In this document: positions 1-9,872 of the stretch, piece by piece
Numbering within the stretch: position 1 is the stretch's first letter
Layout of the letters: each line of letters starts with the position of its first letter
Assembly (NCBI GenBank): GCA_017439585.1
Contig: JAFSIV010000001.1
Location: 14,614-78,613, forward strand
DNA from: Clostridia bacterium
Lineage (GTDB): Bacteria > Bacillota > Clostridia > Oscillospirales > Acutalibacteraceae
Length of the DNA stretch: 64,000 bases
Direction of reading: 5' to 3'
Program-made: the position numbers and the translations under genes
Notes under the pieces: generated by a model
What the model was told of the DNA's origin: nothing
Databases searched by the model: none
Seen by the model: only the letters and a program-made list of their open reading frames with translations

Positions 1-1
1 C

Positions 2-136
2 GAGCAACTAAAATTAAATGGCATTTCAAAAGTAAGCGAAGGTATTTTTGGTGCTGATATGAAGGTAAGCCTTATAAACGACGGACCTGTTACAATAATT
101 TACGATACAGATATTTGGAGTAAAAATGGAAATTAA
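2..136 (+). CDS. dtd: D-aminoacyl-tRNA deacylase, C-terminal fragment (5' end outside window)
   Basis: Frame 2 reads ...[33 protein letters not shown], the conserved Dtd C-terminus (GADM..L.NDGPVT). Stop TAA at 134-136. Absent from the ORF track because it is truncated. Confidence 0.75.
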   Translation, partial: EQLKLNGISKVSEGIFGADMKVSLINDGPVTIIYDTDIWSKNGN

Positions 137-749
137 AGCTTTGCCATTGGGCTATATTAGGGTTAACTGCTATTTGATTAAAACCGAAAAAGCGGCGATA
201 GTTATAGACCCCGGTTATAAAAATGAGAAAATTGATGAATTTCTTTTAGAAAACGAGGATAAAGAGCGATTAATTTTATTAACCCATGCGCATTTTGACC
301 ATATTGGTGCGCTTCCGCTTTTGAGGGATAAAACAGGGGTTAAAATCGCAATAGGTGAAGATGAAAATGAACTTTTAGCAGATGCTTCGCTTAATTTGTC
401 CGACCGTTTTCATGCTCATATACCGCCTTTTTCGGCTAATGTTTTATTAAAAGACTTGGAAGAAATTCAAGTTGGAGACATTAAAATAAAAACTATTTTC
501 ACTCCCGGTCATACCAAAGGCTCAGTATGTTATTTAATAAATGATATTTTGTTTTCGGGTGATACCTTATTTTTTGAGTCGGTAGGCAGAACCGATTTCC
601 CAACAAGTGATTTTAATTTGCTTGCCAGCTCAATAAAAAGATTATATGTTTTGCCTGATGAAACGGTTGTCTATTCGGGACACGGCGAGTCTACCACAAT
701 ATCTCACGAAAAAATTTTTAATCCTTATTTTAACAGTGATAACTTATGA
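126..749 (+). CDS. MBL-fold metallo-hydrolase (glyoxalase II-like)
   Basis: HxHxDH metal motif ([11 protein letters not shown]), with later PGHTKGS and SGHG ligand motifs. Length 207 aa. Confidence 0.85.
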   Translation: MEIKALPLGYIRVNCYLIKTEKAAIVIDPGYKNEKIDEFLLENEDKERLILLTHAHFDHIGALPLLRDKTGVKIAIGEDENELLADASLNLSDRFHAHIPPFSANVLLKDLEEIQVGDIKIKTIFTPGHTKGSVCYLINDILFSGDTLFFESVGRTDFPTSDFNLLASSIKRLYVLPDETVVYSGHGESTTISHEKIFNPYFNSDNL

Positions 750-2197
750 AATTATGTTTGATTAATCATTCTTTTAAGTATGAACTTGAAAAGTTAATAA
801 GAATTTTTTTGCCATTTGAAAAAATAGAATTTTTTGATACTTTTATTTCAGAGGATAACGTTGTAGTTACTGAAATAAAAGGGAACAAAGCGAAAGCTTC
901 GCTTTATTTAAACAATGAACTGTTTAAATACGAAATTTTATTGAATAGTTTTGATGAAAAAAACAAAGAATTAAAGCTGGCTACCGCTTTATTTAACTGT
1001 TTTTGCGAGGCTACGGGATATATCTCTCAGTGGGGTTTATTAACGGGAGTAAGACCTGCTAAGCTATGGTCAAGACTAAAAGACAGTATGGGCGAAACCA
1101 ATGCAGAGCGATATTTTAAAGAAGAACTTTTGGTAAGCGATAAAAAGGTTTCACTTTGTAAAAAGACTAATTTAGGCGAGGATACAATTATAGGTCTTTC
1201 AAAACCTAATTCGTATAGTCTTTATATTTCAATTCCTTTTTGTCCAACAAGGTGCAGTTATTGTTCCTTTGTTTCTCATTCGATTGATAAAGCAAAAAAG
1301 CTTATTCCTGAATATGTTAACAAGCTTTGCGAGGAAATTATAATAACCTCAAAAATTGCCAAGAAAAATAACTTAAAACTAGAAACGGTTTACATAGGCG
1401 GTGGAACTCCAACTGCTATTGATGAATATAATCTTGAAAGGATTATGAAAACTGTTTCAGAAAATTTTGATTTATCTAATATTAGAGAATATACAGTTGA
1501 GGCTGGCAGACCTGACACGATAACTGCCCAAAAGCTTACGGTTATTAAAAATAACGGTGCTACTAGAATCAGCATAAATCCCCAAACCATGAACGATTCG
1601 GTTTTAGAGACAATCGGCAGAAAGCATACGGAGAAACAAACAGTTGATTCTTTTAAGCTCGCAAGAAGCTTAGGGTTTGATAATATTAATATGGACTTAA
1701 TTGCAGGGCTTCCGACCGATAATATTGAAAGCTTTAAAACAACCATTGATAAGGTTTTAAAGTTAAATCCAGAGAGCGTTACGGTTCATTCTTTATCCTT
1801 TAAACGCTCGTCTAACCTTAATTTTGATGATAATATTAAATCGCGTAATATTGACGCTGAGGCTTCTTTAATGGTTGATTTTGCCTTAGAAACGCTAACT
1901 GAAAACGGCATTTTGCCATACTATATGTATCGCCAGAGCAAAACAGTTGGTAATTTAGAAAATGTTGGTTATGCAAAAAAAGGCTTTGAATGTCTTTATA
2001 ATGTTTATATTATGGATGAAACTCATAGTATTTTAGCTTGCGGTGCTTCGTCTGTAAGCAAATTGAGAGAGCCTGGTGGCAATTTTATAGACCGCATATT
2101 TAATTTCAAATATCCGTATGAATATATTGACCGTTTTGATGAAATAATCGCCCGAAAGGACGGTATAAACGATTTTTATAATAAATACGGTATATAA
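746..2197 (+). CDS. hemZ: radical SAM coproporphyrinogen dehydrogenase-like protein (HemZ/HemN family)
   Basis: CxxxCxxC radical-SAM motif (CPTRCSYCSF) and a GGGTP motif. About 480 aa with a HemZ-type N-terminal extension. 4-nt overlap with the upstream gene. Confidence 0.8.
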   Translation: MKLCLINHSFKYELEKLIRIFLPFEKIEFFDTFISEDNVVVTEIKGNKAKASLYLNNELFKYEILLNSFDEKNKELKLATALFNCFCEATGYISQWGLLTGVRPAKLWSRLKDSMGETNAERYFKEELLVSDKKVSLCKKTNLGEDTIIGLSKPNSYSLYISIPFCPTRCSYCSFVSHSIDKAKKLIPEYVNKLCEEIIITSKIAKKNNLKLETVYIGGGTPTAIDEYNLERIMKTVSENFDLSNIREYTVEAGRPDTITAQKLTVIKNNGATRISINPQTMNDSVLETIGRKHTEKQTVDSFKLARSLGFDNINMDLIAGLPTDNIESFKTTIDKVLKLNPESVTVHSLSFKRSSNLNFDDNIKSRNIDAEASLMVDFALETLTENGILPYYMYRQSKTVGNLENVGYAKKGFECLYNVYIMDETHSILACGASSVSKLREPGGNFIDRIFNFKYPYEYIDRFDEIIARKDGINDFYNKYGI

Positions 2198-2227
2198 TAA
2201 AATAATTACTTTTTGGAGGAAATATAT

Positions 2228-2587
2228 ATGGAAATTTTTGAAAACGCTATGGATAAAGCTCGTGAGACTATGGATGTTGCAACTGCGAAGGCTAATGAGG
2301 TTATTACCGTTCAAAAGCAAAAATTTGAAATTGCAACCTTAAAAACCAAGCGCAATAAGGATTTCGAATTGCTTGGAAAACTTTATTTTAAAAAGCTTAA
2401 AGGCGTTGATACTGATGACGAGGCTATTGAATTGGTTGTTAATGAAATTACCGATAAAACTCGCGAAATTAAAAGACTAAGAGCCGAAATTGATGCTGTT
2501 AAGAATGGAATCAAATGCCCTGAATGTGATTCGCTTTTAGAAGAAGATGCAGAGATTTGTCCTGTTTGCGGCGCAAAGATTGATTGA
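2228..2587 (+). CDS. small coiled-coil protein with C-terminal zinc ribbon
   Basis: ATG at 2228 lies 8 nt after GGAGG; the ORF-track TTG at 2213 overlaps the RBS. C-terminal CPEC-x10-CPVC. Confidence 0.6.
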   Translation: MEIFENAMDKARETMDVATAKANEVITVQKQKFEIATLKTKRNKDFELLGKLYFKKLKGVDTDDEAIELVVNEITDKTREIKRLRAEIDAVKNGIKCPECDSLLEEDAEICPVCGAKID

Positions 2588-2597
2588 GGTATAAAAA

Positions 2598-3314
2598 ATG
2601 GATGTTAAAATTGGTATAGTAATTGCCGATGCAGATGAATATAAGCCTATAAAGGAATATGCCAAAAAGATAGGGTTTAGCGAGTATAACCCTCTTAAAA
2701 GAACAGGTCATAAGTTTAAAATTTCGGCAGAAAAGGGTAGTGCTGAGGTTTTGGCTTTACTTTGCGGAATTGGTAAAGTTAATTCCGCCGCTGCAACGAT
2801 GCGTCTTATAGACGACGGTTGCGATATAATCTTAAATTTTGGTCTTTCAGGAGGTGTTTCGGGTATTTCTCGCGGCGAGATTTGTCTTTGCGATAGATTT
2901 TTAGAACACGATTTCGACCTAACAGGTATCGGTTATAAGCCTTGCGAAAAACCATTACAGGAATATATATATAATGCGGATGATAGTTTAATTAATCTCT
3001 TTAAAACTATAAAACCCGATATAAAACAGGGTACAGCCGTTTGCGGCGATAGTTTTGTTTGCGACGAAAATGTTAGAAATTTTCTTAAAAATGAATTTGG
3101 CGCTATGTCTTGCGATATGGAGACTGCCGCAATAGGCTATGTATGCGCTTTTTCTGATATTCCTTATCTTAGTCTCAGAAAAATTTCTGATGATGCTGGA
3201 AGCTCAGCAGAGGATGCATACAAGCAAATGAATTCGACTGACGATACAGCGTTATTTGATTATTTTATTGAATTAATTAAACTAATCATTAATTCTGAGA
3301 AGTATGGTAGATAA
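2598..3314 (+). CDS. mtnN: 5'-methylthioadenosine/S-adenosylhomocysteine nucleosidase
   Basis: PNP_UDP_1 fold motifs CGIGKVNSAAATMRLI and SCDMETAAIGYVC. About 230 aa. Confidence 0.85.
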   Translation: MDVKIGIVIADADEYKPIKEYAKKIGFSEYNPLKRTGHKFKISAEKGSAEVLALLCGIGKVNSAAATMRLIDDGCDIILNFGLSGGVSGISRGEICLCDRFLEHDFDLTGIGYKPCEKPLQEYIYNADDSLINLFKTIKPDIKQGTAVCGDSFVCDENVRNFLKNEFGAMSCDMETAAIGYVCAFSDIPYLSLRKISDDAGSSAEDAYKQMNSTDDTALFDYFIELIKLIINSEKYGR

Positions 3315-3316
3315 TT

Positions 3317-4954
3317 ATGAGTGAAGTTGCAAGCCGTAATTTAAAACGCTCAGCTGCAATTATGCTTTTTGCCACCATTTTGGTAAAGCTGATTGGCGGT
3401 CTTTTCAAATTGCCTTTGGCATCTGATTCTGTTCTAGGTGATTTAGGCTTTGGATATTTCTCGGCAGCATACGATGTTTTTACTCCGATTCATTATATTG
3501 CTATTTCAGGTTTTCCCGTTGTTATTGCCAAGCTGATTTCTGATAATCTCGGTAAAAACAATCTTTTTGAAGCCAGAAAAATATTTATTCTTTCTCGCAG
3601 AATGATAATTTTTCTATCACTTATATGTTTTGTAGTATATTTAGCTGTACTTAGTGTTATTTATTTTTTATTTGGAAAAAGTTTTAATAAATTTTATTCC
3701 TTATATGCTATTGCCCCTGCGATAATTTTTTGTTTTATTTCCTCTTGTTACAGAGGTTATTTTGAGGGCTTTAATAATATGACACCTGCTGCGGTTTCTA
3801 ATATAATAGAAGCTTTTGGCAAGCTTTGTTTAGGCTTAGGACTTTCTCTTATTTCTATTTGTATAGGCTTTGATATTTCGGTTTCTGCCGCTTTTGCTAT
3901 TTTAGGCGTAACGCTTGGAAGCTTAGCCTCAGCTGTATATTTAAGACTTAGATTTAATAAAGAGAGAAAAGATTTTGATAATACTCTTAAAGGCATAAAA
4001 GACAACAAAATCGGTTTTAAAATTTTAATGATTTCTTTGCCGATAGTTTTATCCTCGTTAACAACGAGTATAATGGCATTTATTGATTCTTTAACCGTTT
4101 CAAACGCAGGCGGATTTTTAAATTTGAATATAAATTATTTTGCTTCGCTTATTTCAGAGCAGAAAATAACCGAAAATTTATTGCCAACTGTTTTATACGG
4201 TATAAGAAGCAAAGCGTTTACATTATTTAACCTAGTGCCAACTCTAACTCTTTCTATTGCAGTTGCCTTAATTCCTTCGATTTCAAAGAGCTTTGCCGAA
4301 AAGAATACATCAGAGCTTAAAGAAAATATTGGCGCGGTTGTTAAAATAACCTCGCTTATTGTTCTACCCGCCGGTTTTGGATTTATAGTTTTCGGAAGAA
4401 GAATTATGGAGCTTTTATATGGCGTAGGTGCTTCTAGCCAAATAGGTGGAATAATGTTAACCGTTTTCGGTTTTGCCGCTATTTTTGCTGGCTTCTCTTT
4501 ATCACTTGCCGGAATTTTGCAGGGTATAGGCAAACAAAACATTGTTTTACTTAATATTGCAATAGGTGTTCTTATAAAAATATTACTGAATTTTATTCTT
4601 TGCAAAATTGAAAGCATTAATATTTTAGGAGCAGTTTATTCAACCGCCATTTCCTTTTTCGTGATTTTTATTTTGCATTTTATAGTTTTAATAATTCATA
4701 CAGGCAGAATTACAAGTATTGGTAAAAATATCATAAAACCTTTATTAGCTTCTTTTATTTGCATTTTAATAAGCTATTCATTCAGTTTTATAGACAACTC
4801 AAAAATTTTCACTGTTTTAGCAATGATTATTGCGGTTATAATTTATTTTGTGGCTTTAATATGGCTTAAATGCATAGAAGAATCGGATTTTTATTTGTTA
4901 CCGAGCTCAGAAAAACTAATAAAAATTTCTAAAAAATTTAAAATTATACGATAA
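3317..4954 (+). CDS. MOP-superfamily polysaccharide/lipid II flippase (YabM/MurJ-like)
   Basis: 545 aa polytopic membrane protein with about 14 hydrophobic segments. It sits just upstream of the hup-yabO-yabP-yabQ-divIC cluster, as yabM does in Bacillus. Confidence 0.7.
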   Translation: MSEVASRNLKRSAAIMLFATILVKLIGGLFKLPLASDSVLGDLGFGYFSAAYDVFTPIHYIAISGFPVVIAKLISDNLGKNNLFEARKIFILSRRMIIFLSLICFVVYLAVLSVIYFLFGKSFNKFYSLYAIAPAIIFCFISSCYRGYFEGFNNMTPAAVSNIIEAFGKLCLGLGLSLISICIGFDISVSAAFAILGVTLGSLASAVYLRLRFNKERKDFDNTLKGIKDNKIGFKILMISLPIVLSSLTTSIMAFIDSLTVSNAGGFLNLNINYFASLISEQKITENLLPTVLYGIRSKAFTLFNLVPTLTLSIAVALIPSISKSFAEKNTSELKENIGAVVKITSLIVLPAGFGFIVFGRRIMELLYGVGASSQIGGIMLTVFGFAAIFAGFSLSLAGILQGIGKQNIVLLNIAIGVLIKILLNFILCKIESINILGAVYSTAISFFVIFILHFIVLIIHTGRITSIGKNIIKPLLASFICILISYSFSFIDNSKIFTVLAMIIAVIIYFVALIWLKCIEESDFYLLPSSEKLIKISKKFKIIR

Positions 4955-5114
4955 AAATATAATTTTCTTTTTAAAAAAGTAAATAAATAGTTAAATTTTG
5001 AAAAATTTAACTAAAATCTATTGATTTTTTTTGAAAAGTATGGTAAATTATTTATATACATTATGTGTATTAATTTTATTTGGTATTTTTTAAAAAAATT
5101 TGGAGGTTTTAAAA

Positions 5115-5387
5115 ATGAACAAGACAGAATTAGTTGCTGCAATTGCCGCTAAGGCAGAAATTTCAAAGAAGGATGCTGACAAGGCACTTGCTGCTTTTGT
5201 TGATACTGTTGTTGCAGAATTAAAAGCAGGCGAAAAAATTCAACTTGTAGGTTTTGGTACTTTTGAAGTACGTGAGCGTGCAGCTCGTGAGGGTGTTAAC
5301 CCTGCTACCGGCGCTAAAATTAAAATCGCCGCTTCTAAGAACCCTGTTTTCAAAGCAGGTAAGGCTTTAAAAGAAGCTGTTAACTAA
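5115..5387 (+). CDS. hup: DNA-binding protein HU
   Basis: MNKTELV...[21 protein letters not shown]...KAGKALK is canonical HU. ATG at 5115 follows GGAGG. An intrinsic terminator follows. Confidence 0.95.
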   Translation: MNKTELVAAIAAKAEISKKDADKALAAFVDTVVAELKAGEKIQLVGFGTFEVRERAAREGVNPATGAKIKIAASKNPVFKAGKALKEAVN

Positions 5388-5402
5388 TTATTAGTTTAAG
5401 CG

Positions 5403-5432
5403 AGCCGTCCTTTATGGGCGGCTTTATTTTTT
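5403..5432 (+). terminator. intrinsic terminator after hup
   Basis: agccgtcc-tttat-gggcggct stem followed by a T-tract. Confidence 0.8.
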
Positions 5433-5444
5433 ACGGAGGAATAT

Positions 5445-5684
5445 ATGCGTTTAGATAAGTTTTTAAAGGTTTCTAGAATTATAAAAAGGCGAACTATTGC
5501 AAACGAAGCCTGTGATGCCGGCAGAGTTATTGTTAACGGCAAACCGGCTCGCGCTTCTTATGATGTTAAGGTTGGAGATAAAATTGAGATAACCTTTGGT
5601 ACAAGGGAGTTTAAAGCTGAGGTTATATCGGTTAAAGAGGTTGTTAAAAAAGAAGATGCCGCTTTAATGTATAAAATAATTTAA
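5445..5684 (+). CDS. rqcP: S4-domain RNA-binding protein YabO/RqcP
   Basis: MRLDKFLKVSRIIKRRTIA... is near-identical in pattern to the B. subtilis YabO N-terminus. 79 aa. Confidence 0.85.
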   Translation: MRLDKFLKVSRIIKRRTIANEACDAGRVIVNGKPARASYDVKVGDKIEITFGTREFKAEVISVKEVVKKEDAALMYKII

Positions 5685-5744
5685 GATTTTGCAGAATAAA
5701 CTAATAGCTCTTTAAATATATTTAGATAGGAAATTATTTTTGGA

Positions 5745-6023
5745 GTGTTGGTTTTGGAAGAAACTTTAAATAAAAATCATAGTATAATAACCGAAAATCG
5801 CAAAAAAATCACCCTTACCGGCATAAATCAGGTTCTTTCCTTTGATGATGAAACAATTATGCTGGATACTTCTTGCGGAAAGCTTGCTATCAAAGGAATA
5901 GGGCTTCACATTATAAATTTTGATGCTGAAAGCGGTGACCTTTCAGGCGAAGGAAAAATATCTGCTTTGATTTATACCGCCGAAGAAAACGGCGGGGGAT
6001 TTTTATCCCGTATTTTTAGATAG
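5745..6023 (+). CDS. yabP: sporulation protein YabP
   Basis: About 90 aa, located between yabO and yabQ with YabP-like length. Start is uncertain: GTG 5745, or in-frame TTG 5754 lying 9 nt after GGAG. Confidence 0.75.
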   Translation: MLVLEETLNKNHSIITENRKKITLTGINQVLSFDDETIMLDTSCGKLAIKGIGLHIINFDAESGDLSGEGKISALIYTAEENGGGFLSRIFR

Positions 6024-6026
6024 CTT

Positions 6027-6485
6027 ATGTGGGAAATCAGTAATTCTTTTCAGGTTTTATCTTTTTTCAGAGCTCTGATTCTTGGTGTATTTCTAGGTTT
6101 TTTCTATGATTTTTGGCGCTCAGTCAGAAAGGTTAAAAAATTTGGTACCTTATCTGTGTTTTTTCAAGATTTATCATATTTTTTCATTGCATCACCTATA
6201 ATTTTTTCTTTTCTGTTAAGCTTAACAAATGGAGAAATCAGAGCATTTATTTTTATTGCTATTATATTAGGATTTATAATATATAGAGTAACTCTTTCGG
6301 TTTTAATATTTAAAATTTTTATCTGTGTTTTTAAATTTATTTTTATAAATTTTACTCGCTTAAATTCGTTTTATTATCGAATGTTTGATAGCTTTTTTGC
6401 ATTTTTAAAGAAAATATTCGACTTTTTTATGGCTTTTTTTGAAAAATGGAGAAATTATAGGAAAAAAGTCTTGAAAAAGAAGTAA
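6027..6485 (+). CDS. yabQ: spore cortex biosynthesis membrane protein YabQ
   Basis: 152 aa hydrophobic protein immediately after yabP, in conserved gene order. Confidence 0.7.
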   Translation: MWEISNSFQVLSFFRALILGVFLGFFYDFWRSVRKVKKFGTLSVFFQDLSYFFIASPIIFSFLLSLTNGEIRAFIFIAIILGFIIYRVTLSVLIFKIFICVFKFIFINFTRLNSFYYRMFDSFFAFLKKIFDFFMAFFEKWRNYRKKVLKKK

Positions 6486-6538
6486 TGTTTGTTGTATACT
6501 ATATAAGATAATTTATATTAATTTGGGGATTTGATGTT

Positions 6539-6841
6539 ATGTCAGGAAAACCTGTTAAGCGTAAACCTAAAAAACAACGCAGTATCATAGTGCGCATTTT
6601 AGTTTTGGGCGTTTGTGTTTATATGGTTGTAACATTAGGCTCGCTTTTAGGTAAACTTAATGAAAGCAAAGCCGAGCTTAAAGCCTTAAAGGAACAGGAA
6701 ACCCAAATGATTACCGAAATTAACGAGCTTCGTTCTTTGCTTGAAGGCGATAATAGAAAAATAATCGAAAAGGCCGCGCGCGAGCGTCTTGGATATATTT
6801 ATCCTGATGAGCAGATTTTTGAAGATATTTCAGGTAATTAA
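6539..6841 (+). CDS. divIC: septum formation initiator (DivIC/FtsB family)
   Basis: Basic N-terminus, a single TM segment, then a coiled coil (LKALKEQETQMITEINELRSL) and the ERLGYIYPDE motif. Confidence 0.85.
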   Translation: MSGKPVKRKPKKQRSIIVRILVLGVCVYMVVTLGSLLGKLNESKAELKALKEQETQMITEINELRSLLEGDNRKIIEKAARERLGYIYPDEQIFEDISGN

Positions 6842-6879
6842 AAATTTAACAAGGAATTTTAGGGGGATTTCATTTTTTT

Positions 6880-7335
6880 ATGCAGCTTACTGTTGGACAA
6901 ATTGTTGAAGGCAAAATAACCGGTATAACCAATTTTGGTGTTTTCGTTGATTTAGGCGATGGAAAATCCGGTTTGGTACATATTTCTGAGGTAGCCCGCT
7001 CTTATGTTAACGATATTAAAGAATTTGTTAAAATAAATGATGTTGTTAAAATGAAGGTTTTATCTATATCTGAGGATGGTAAAATCTCGTTAAGTATCAG
7101 GCGCGCTCTTGAAGATGAAACCGAAGAAAAACCAAAGCGTCAGCCTCGCAGAGAAAAGCCCCAGTCTGCGCCCTCAAAGCCGGACGGTTCTTATACTTGG
7201 ACTCCCATGAAGCCTGAGCCTGCTAGCTTTGAAGAAATGATGAACCGTTTTAAACAAACAAGTGATGAAAAATTTTCAGATTTAAAACGCAAAAATCCTG
7301 AGGTTAAGCGTTCAAAACGCGGAGCTATGAAATAA
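6880..7335 (+). CDS. S1 RNA-binding domain protein (YabR-like)
   Basis: S1 fold GKITGITNFGVFVDLGDGKSGLVHISE with a basic/acidic tail. Follows divIC as in Bacillus. Confidence 0.85.
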   Translation: MQLTVGQIVEGKITGITNFGVFVDLGDGKSGLVHISEVARSYVNDIKEFVKINDVVKMKVLSISEDGKISLSIRRALEDETEEKPKRQPRREKPQSAPSKPDGSYTWTPMKPEPASFEEMMNRFKQTSDEKFSDLKRKNPEVKRSKRGAMK

Positions 7336-7339
7336 AATT

Positions 7340-7378
7340 AGGGCGGTTTCGCTTAATGCGTTATCGCCCTTTGCTTTT
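7340..7378 (+). terminator. intrinsic terminator after the S1-domain gene
   Basis: agggcg...cgccct stem followed by ttgctttt. Confidence 0.6.
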
Positions 7379-7403
7379 GATGTGATTATTTTGAGAGGTT
7401 AAA

Positions 7404-8528
7404 ATGAATAAAATTAATTTAGTTGCACCTTGTCTTTTTGGAATTGAAAGCGTTGCCGCTGATGAATTCAGAAGAATGGGCTTTGAGAATATTGTTACGG
7501 AAAACGGACGTGTTTTACTCTCAGGAGAGGAAAATATGCTAGCCAGAGCTAATATATGTTCGCGTTTTGCTGAGAGGATTTTAATAAATGTTGGTGAATT
7601 TGAGGCAGTTACTTTTACCGAGCTTTTTGATGGTGTTAAAGCGTTGCCTTGGGAAAATTTCATTGGTCGCGATGATGCTTTTCCCGTTAACGGTTGGAGC
7701 ATTAATTCTCAGCTTTTTAGTATTCCTGATTGCCAGTCTATCATTAAAAAAGCGATTGTTGAGAGACTGAAATTAAAATATAATATAAATATTTTCGCAG
7801 AAACCGGTCCTGAATATAAAATTCGTTTTTCAATTCATAAAAACAGGGTTACGATGATGATTGATACCTCAGGTGATGGTCTTCATAAGAGAGGATATAG
7901 AAGAAATTCTAACGATGCTCCTTTAAAAGAAACCTTGGGCGCGGCAATGTGCGACCTGGCGAGAATTTATCCTGATACTAAGATTTTCGACCCATTTTGC
8001 GGTAGCGGTACCTTGCTTATCGAAGCTGCTTTAATGGCAACAAATATAGCCCCTGGACTTCGCAGATATTTTGCGGCTGAAAGATTTGGTTTTTTAAATG
8101 ATAAAATATGGCGCGAGGAGAGGACTCGCGCTCAGGATTTAATTCGACATAATATTGATTTTAAAGCGCAAGGTTTTGATATAGACCCTGCCTGTGTAGA
8201 GCTTACTTTGGCTAACGCTAAAAAAGCGGGTGTTGAAAAATATGTTAAAGCCTCTATCGGAGATATTAAAGATTTTTCCGCTTTAAAGGAAAGGTGCTTG
8301 ACTATAACTAATCCGCCTTACGGAGAACGATTATTAGATGTTAAAGCGGCAGAGGAGTTATATAAAATTATGGGAGACCGCTTTGTTAGAGGAGACGGTC
8401 AAAAGTATTATATAATCAGTCCTCACGACGAATTTGAGAAACATTTCGGCAGTGTTGCAGATAAGCGCAGAAAGCTTTATAACGGTATGATTAAATGCCA
8501 ATTATTTATGTATTTCAAAAATAAATAA
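7404..8528 (+). CDS. THUMP-domain class I SAM-dependent RNA methyltransferase (RlmL/YpsC-like)
   Basis: SAM motif FDPFCGSGTLLIEA and catalytic NPPYGERL. 374 aa. Confidence 0.85.
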   Translation: MNKINLVAPCLFGIESVAADEFRRMGFENIVTENGRVLLSGEENMLARANICSRFAERILINVGEFEAVTFTELFDGVKALPWENFIGRDDAFPVNGWSINSQLFSIPDCQSIIKKAIVERLKLKYNINIFAETGPEYKIRFSIHKNRVTMMIDTSGDGLHKRGYRRNSNDAPLKETLGAAMCDLARIYPDTKIFDPFCGSGTLLIEAALMATNIAPGLRRYFAAERFGFLNDKIWREERTRAQDLIRHNIDFKAQGFDIDPACVELTLANAKKAGVEKYVKASIGDIKDFSALKERCLTITNPPYGERLLDVKAAEELYKIMGDRFVRGDGQKYYIISPHDEFEKHFGSVADKRRKLYNGMIKCQLFMYFKNK

Positions 8529-8533
8529 AATTA

Positions 8534-8574
8534 AAAAGTGTAGCATTACCGATTCGGTTTTGCTACACTTTTTC
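8534..8574. terminator. bidirectional terminator between convergent genes
   Basis: aaaagtgtagca / tgctacactttt arms, A-rich on the 5' side and T-rich on the 3' side. Confidence 0.75.
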
Positions 8575-8575
8575 T

Positions 8576-9658
8576 TTAAATTAATAAAGCAATAATTAAA
8601 ATAATAATCGCTATTATAAAAATTATTAAAATTATTTTGCCTTTTGGAAATGCTTCAAGAATTTTATCTTTAACAGTAACTTCTTCCGTCTCAGAAGTGG
8701 TTGGGTTATTTTCGGTTTGGGTATTTGGACTATCCGATACAGAAGATTCAACCTCAGAGCTATTGTTTTTGCCGGTTTCTGAACTTGATACCTCGGGCGA
8801 CGATTCAGGTTCAATTTGCTCTGCAACTAAATTATTTACATAATCGTTTGGCGGAGCAACATTACCAAATTCGTTTTTAATATCACCTTCGGTTGAATCT
8901 TTAAGAGTGTAACTGATTTGGTCAACAAATTCAGCACATCTAATACAATGCCTAGACATCAAACCGCTTTCTTCCTTGGTTGCCGCTTTATCAATCGTGA
9001 AATCCTTTGAAAATTCGTGTCCGATAGGGGAGTTATTTCTAAGCTCAACATGACCGCAATCATTACAGGTTCTACTATCATAGCCGCTTTCAAGACAGGT
9101 TGGGATTGCCGCAACAGTCCAATCAGAATAGTTTTTATGAGGGCAATTATCCTCGCTTAAACCAACATCAACACCGCCGGGAATGATTTCAGGCATAATT
9201 CTATGAAGCTTCCAGTTGCAAAAATCTCCCGAACCGTATTTAATACTGATTTTAGTAAGCCCCGCCTTAGTTTTAGGTTTAATTTTAAACTTTAAGCTAA
9301 TAAGTGTTCCGTTGTTTTTTCGGTCTAAGCTTTCGAGGGTTACGAGGCGGATAAGGTTTTTAGAGGGATGATCCTGAATTTCGTGAGCAAATATAACATT
9401 ACCAGGTAAATCTTCAATTAATTGCAGAGCTGAAGAATCGTATGTAATTGAAATGGTAATCGCTATAATACCCGGATTATCTTCTATGGTGATAGGAACT
9501 ATAACTGTATCACCGGTATTTCCACTGACTTTTCCAATGGTTATAACGCCTTGGTTAACAATAACTTTTTCAGCAGCAAAACAGGGAACAGATATAGCAG
9601 TAATCATTAAAGCTACTAAAATAATGCAAAATATTGATTTGAAAATATTTTTAAGCAC
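8576..9658 (-). CDS. membrane-anchored cohesin-domain protein with Cys/His-rich module and Ser/Glu/Thr-rich stalk
   Basis: N-terminal signal/TM. Cohesin-like beta module (GNTGDTVIVPITIEDNPGIIAITISITYDSSALQL). Cys-rich segment CPH...TC...CNDCGH...HCIRC. Low-complexity SSPEVSSSETGKNNSSEVESS linker. C-terminal TM IILIIFIIAIIILIIALLI. Confidence 0.7.
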   Translation of the reverse strand: MLKNIFKSIFCIILVALMITAISVPCFAAEKVIVNQGVITIGKVSGNTGDTVIVPITIEDNPGIIAITISITYDSSALQLIEDLPGNVIFAHEIQDHPSKNLIRLVTLESLDRKNNGTLISLKFKIKPKTKAGLTKISIKYGSGDFCNWKLHRIMPEIIPGGVDVGLSEDNCPHKNYSDWTVAAIPTCLESGYDSRTCNDCGHVELRNNSPIGHEFSKDFTIDKAATKEESGLMSRHCIRCAEFVDQISYTLKDSTEGDIKNEFGNVAPPNDYVNNLVAEQIEPESSPEVSSSETGKNNSSEVESSVSDSPNTQTENNPTTSETEEVTVKDKILEAFPKGKIILIIFIIAIIILIIALLI

Positions 9659-9783
9659 AGTAAATCTCCTAAAATTTATTATATAAATAATATAACATTT
9701 TTTTAATTCTAAGTCAAATACTATCTTATGTTTTCAAATATTGGAAATCTAAAATAAAAATTTTAAAAATATGCAGTTTATGC

Positions 9784-9812
9784 TTGAAAAAATGCATATT
9801 TTTGTATATAAT
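9784..9812 (+). promoter_or_regulatory. sigma-A-type promoter of the nusB operon
   Basis: TTGAAA (9784-9789), 17-nt spacer, TATAAT (9807-9812). Embedded in the 11-bp inverted repeat 9765-9775 / 9793-9803. Confidence 0.55.
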
Positions 9813-9872
9813 AATATTATATATGTCTATATTTATATAGATTTATGATTTTTCGATTTTGAGGAGATTTGT

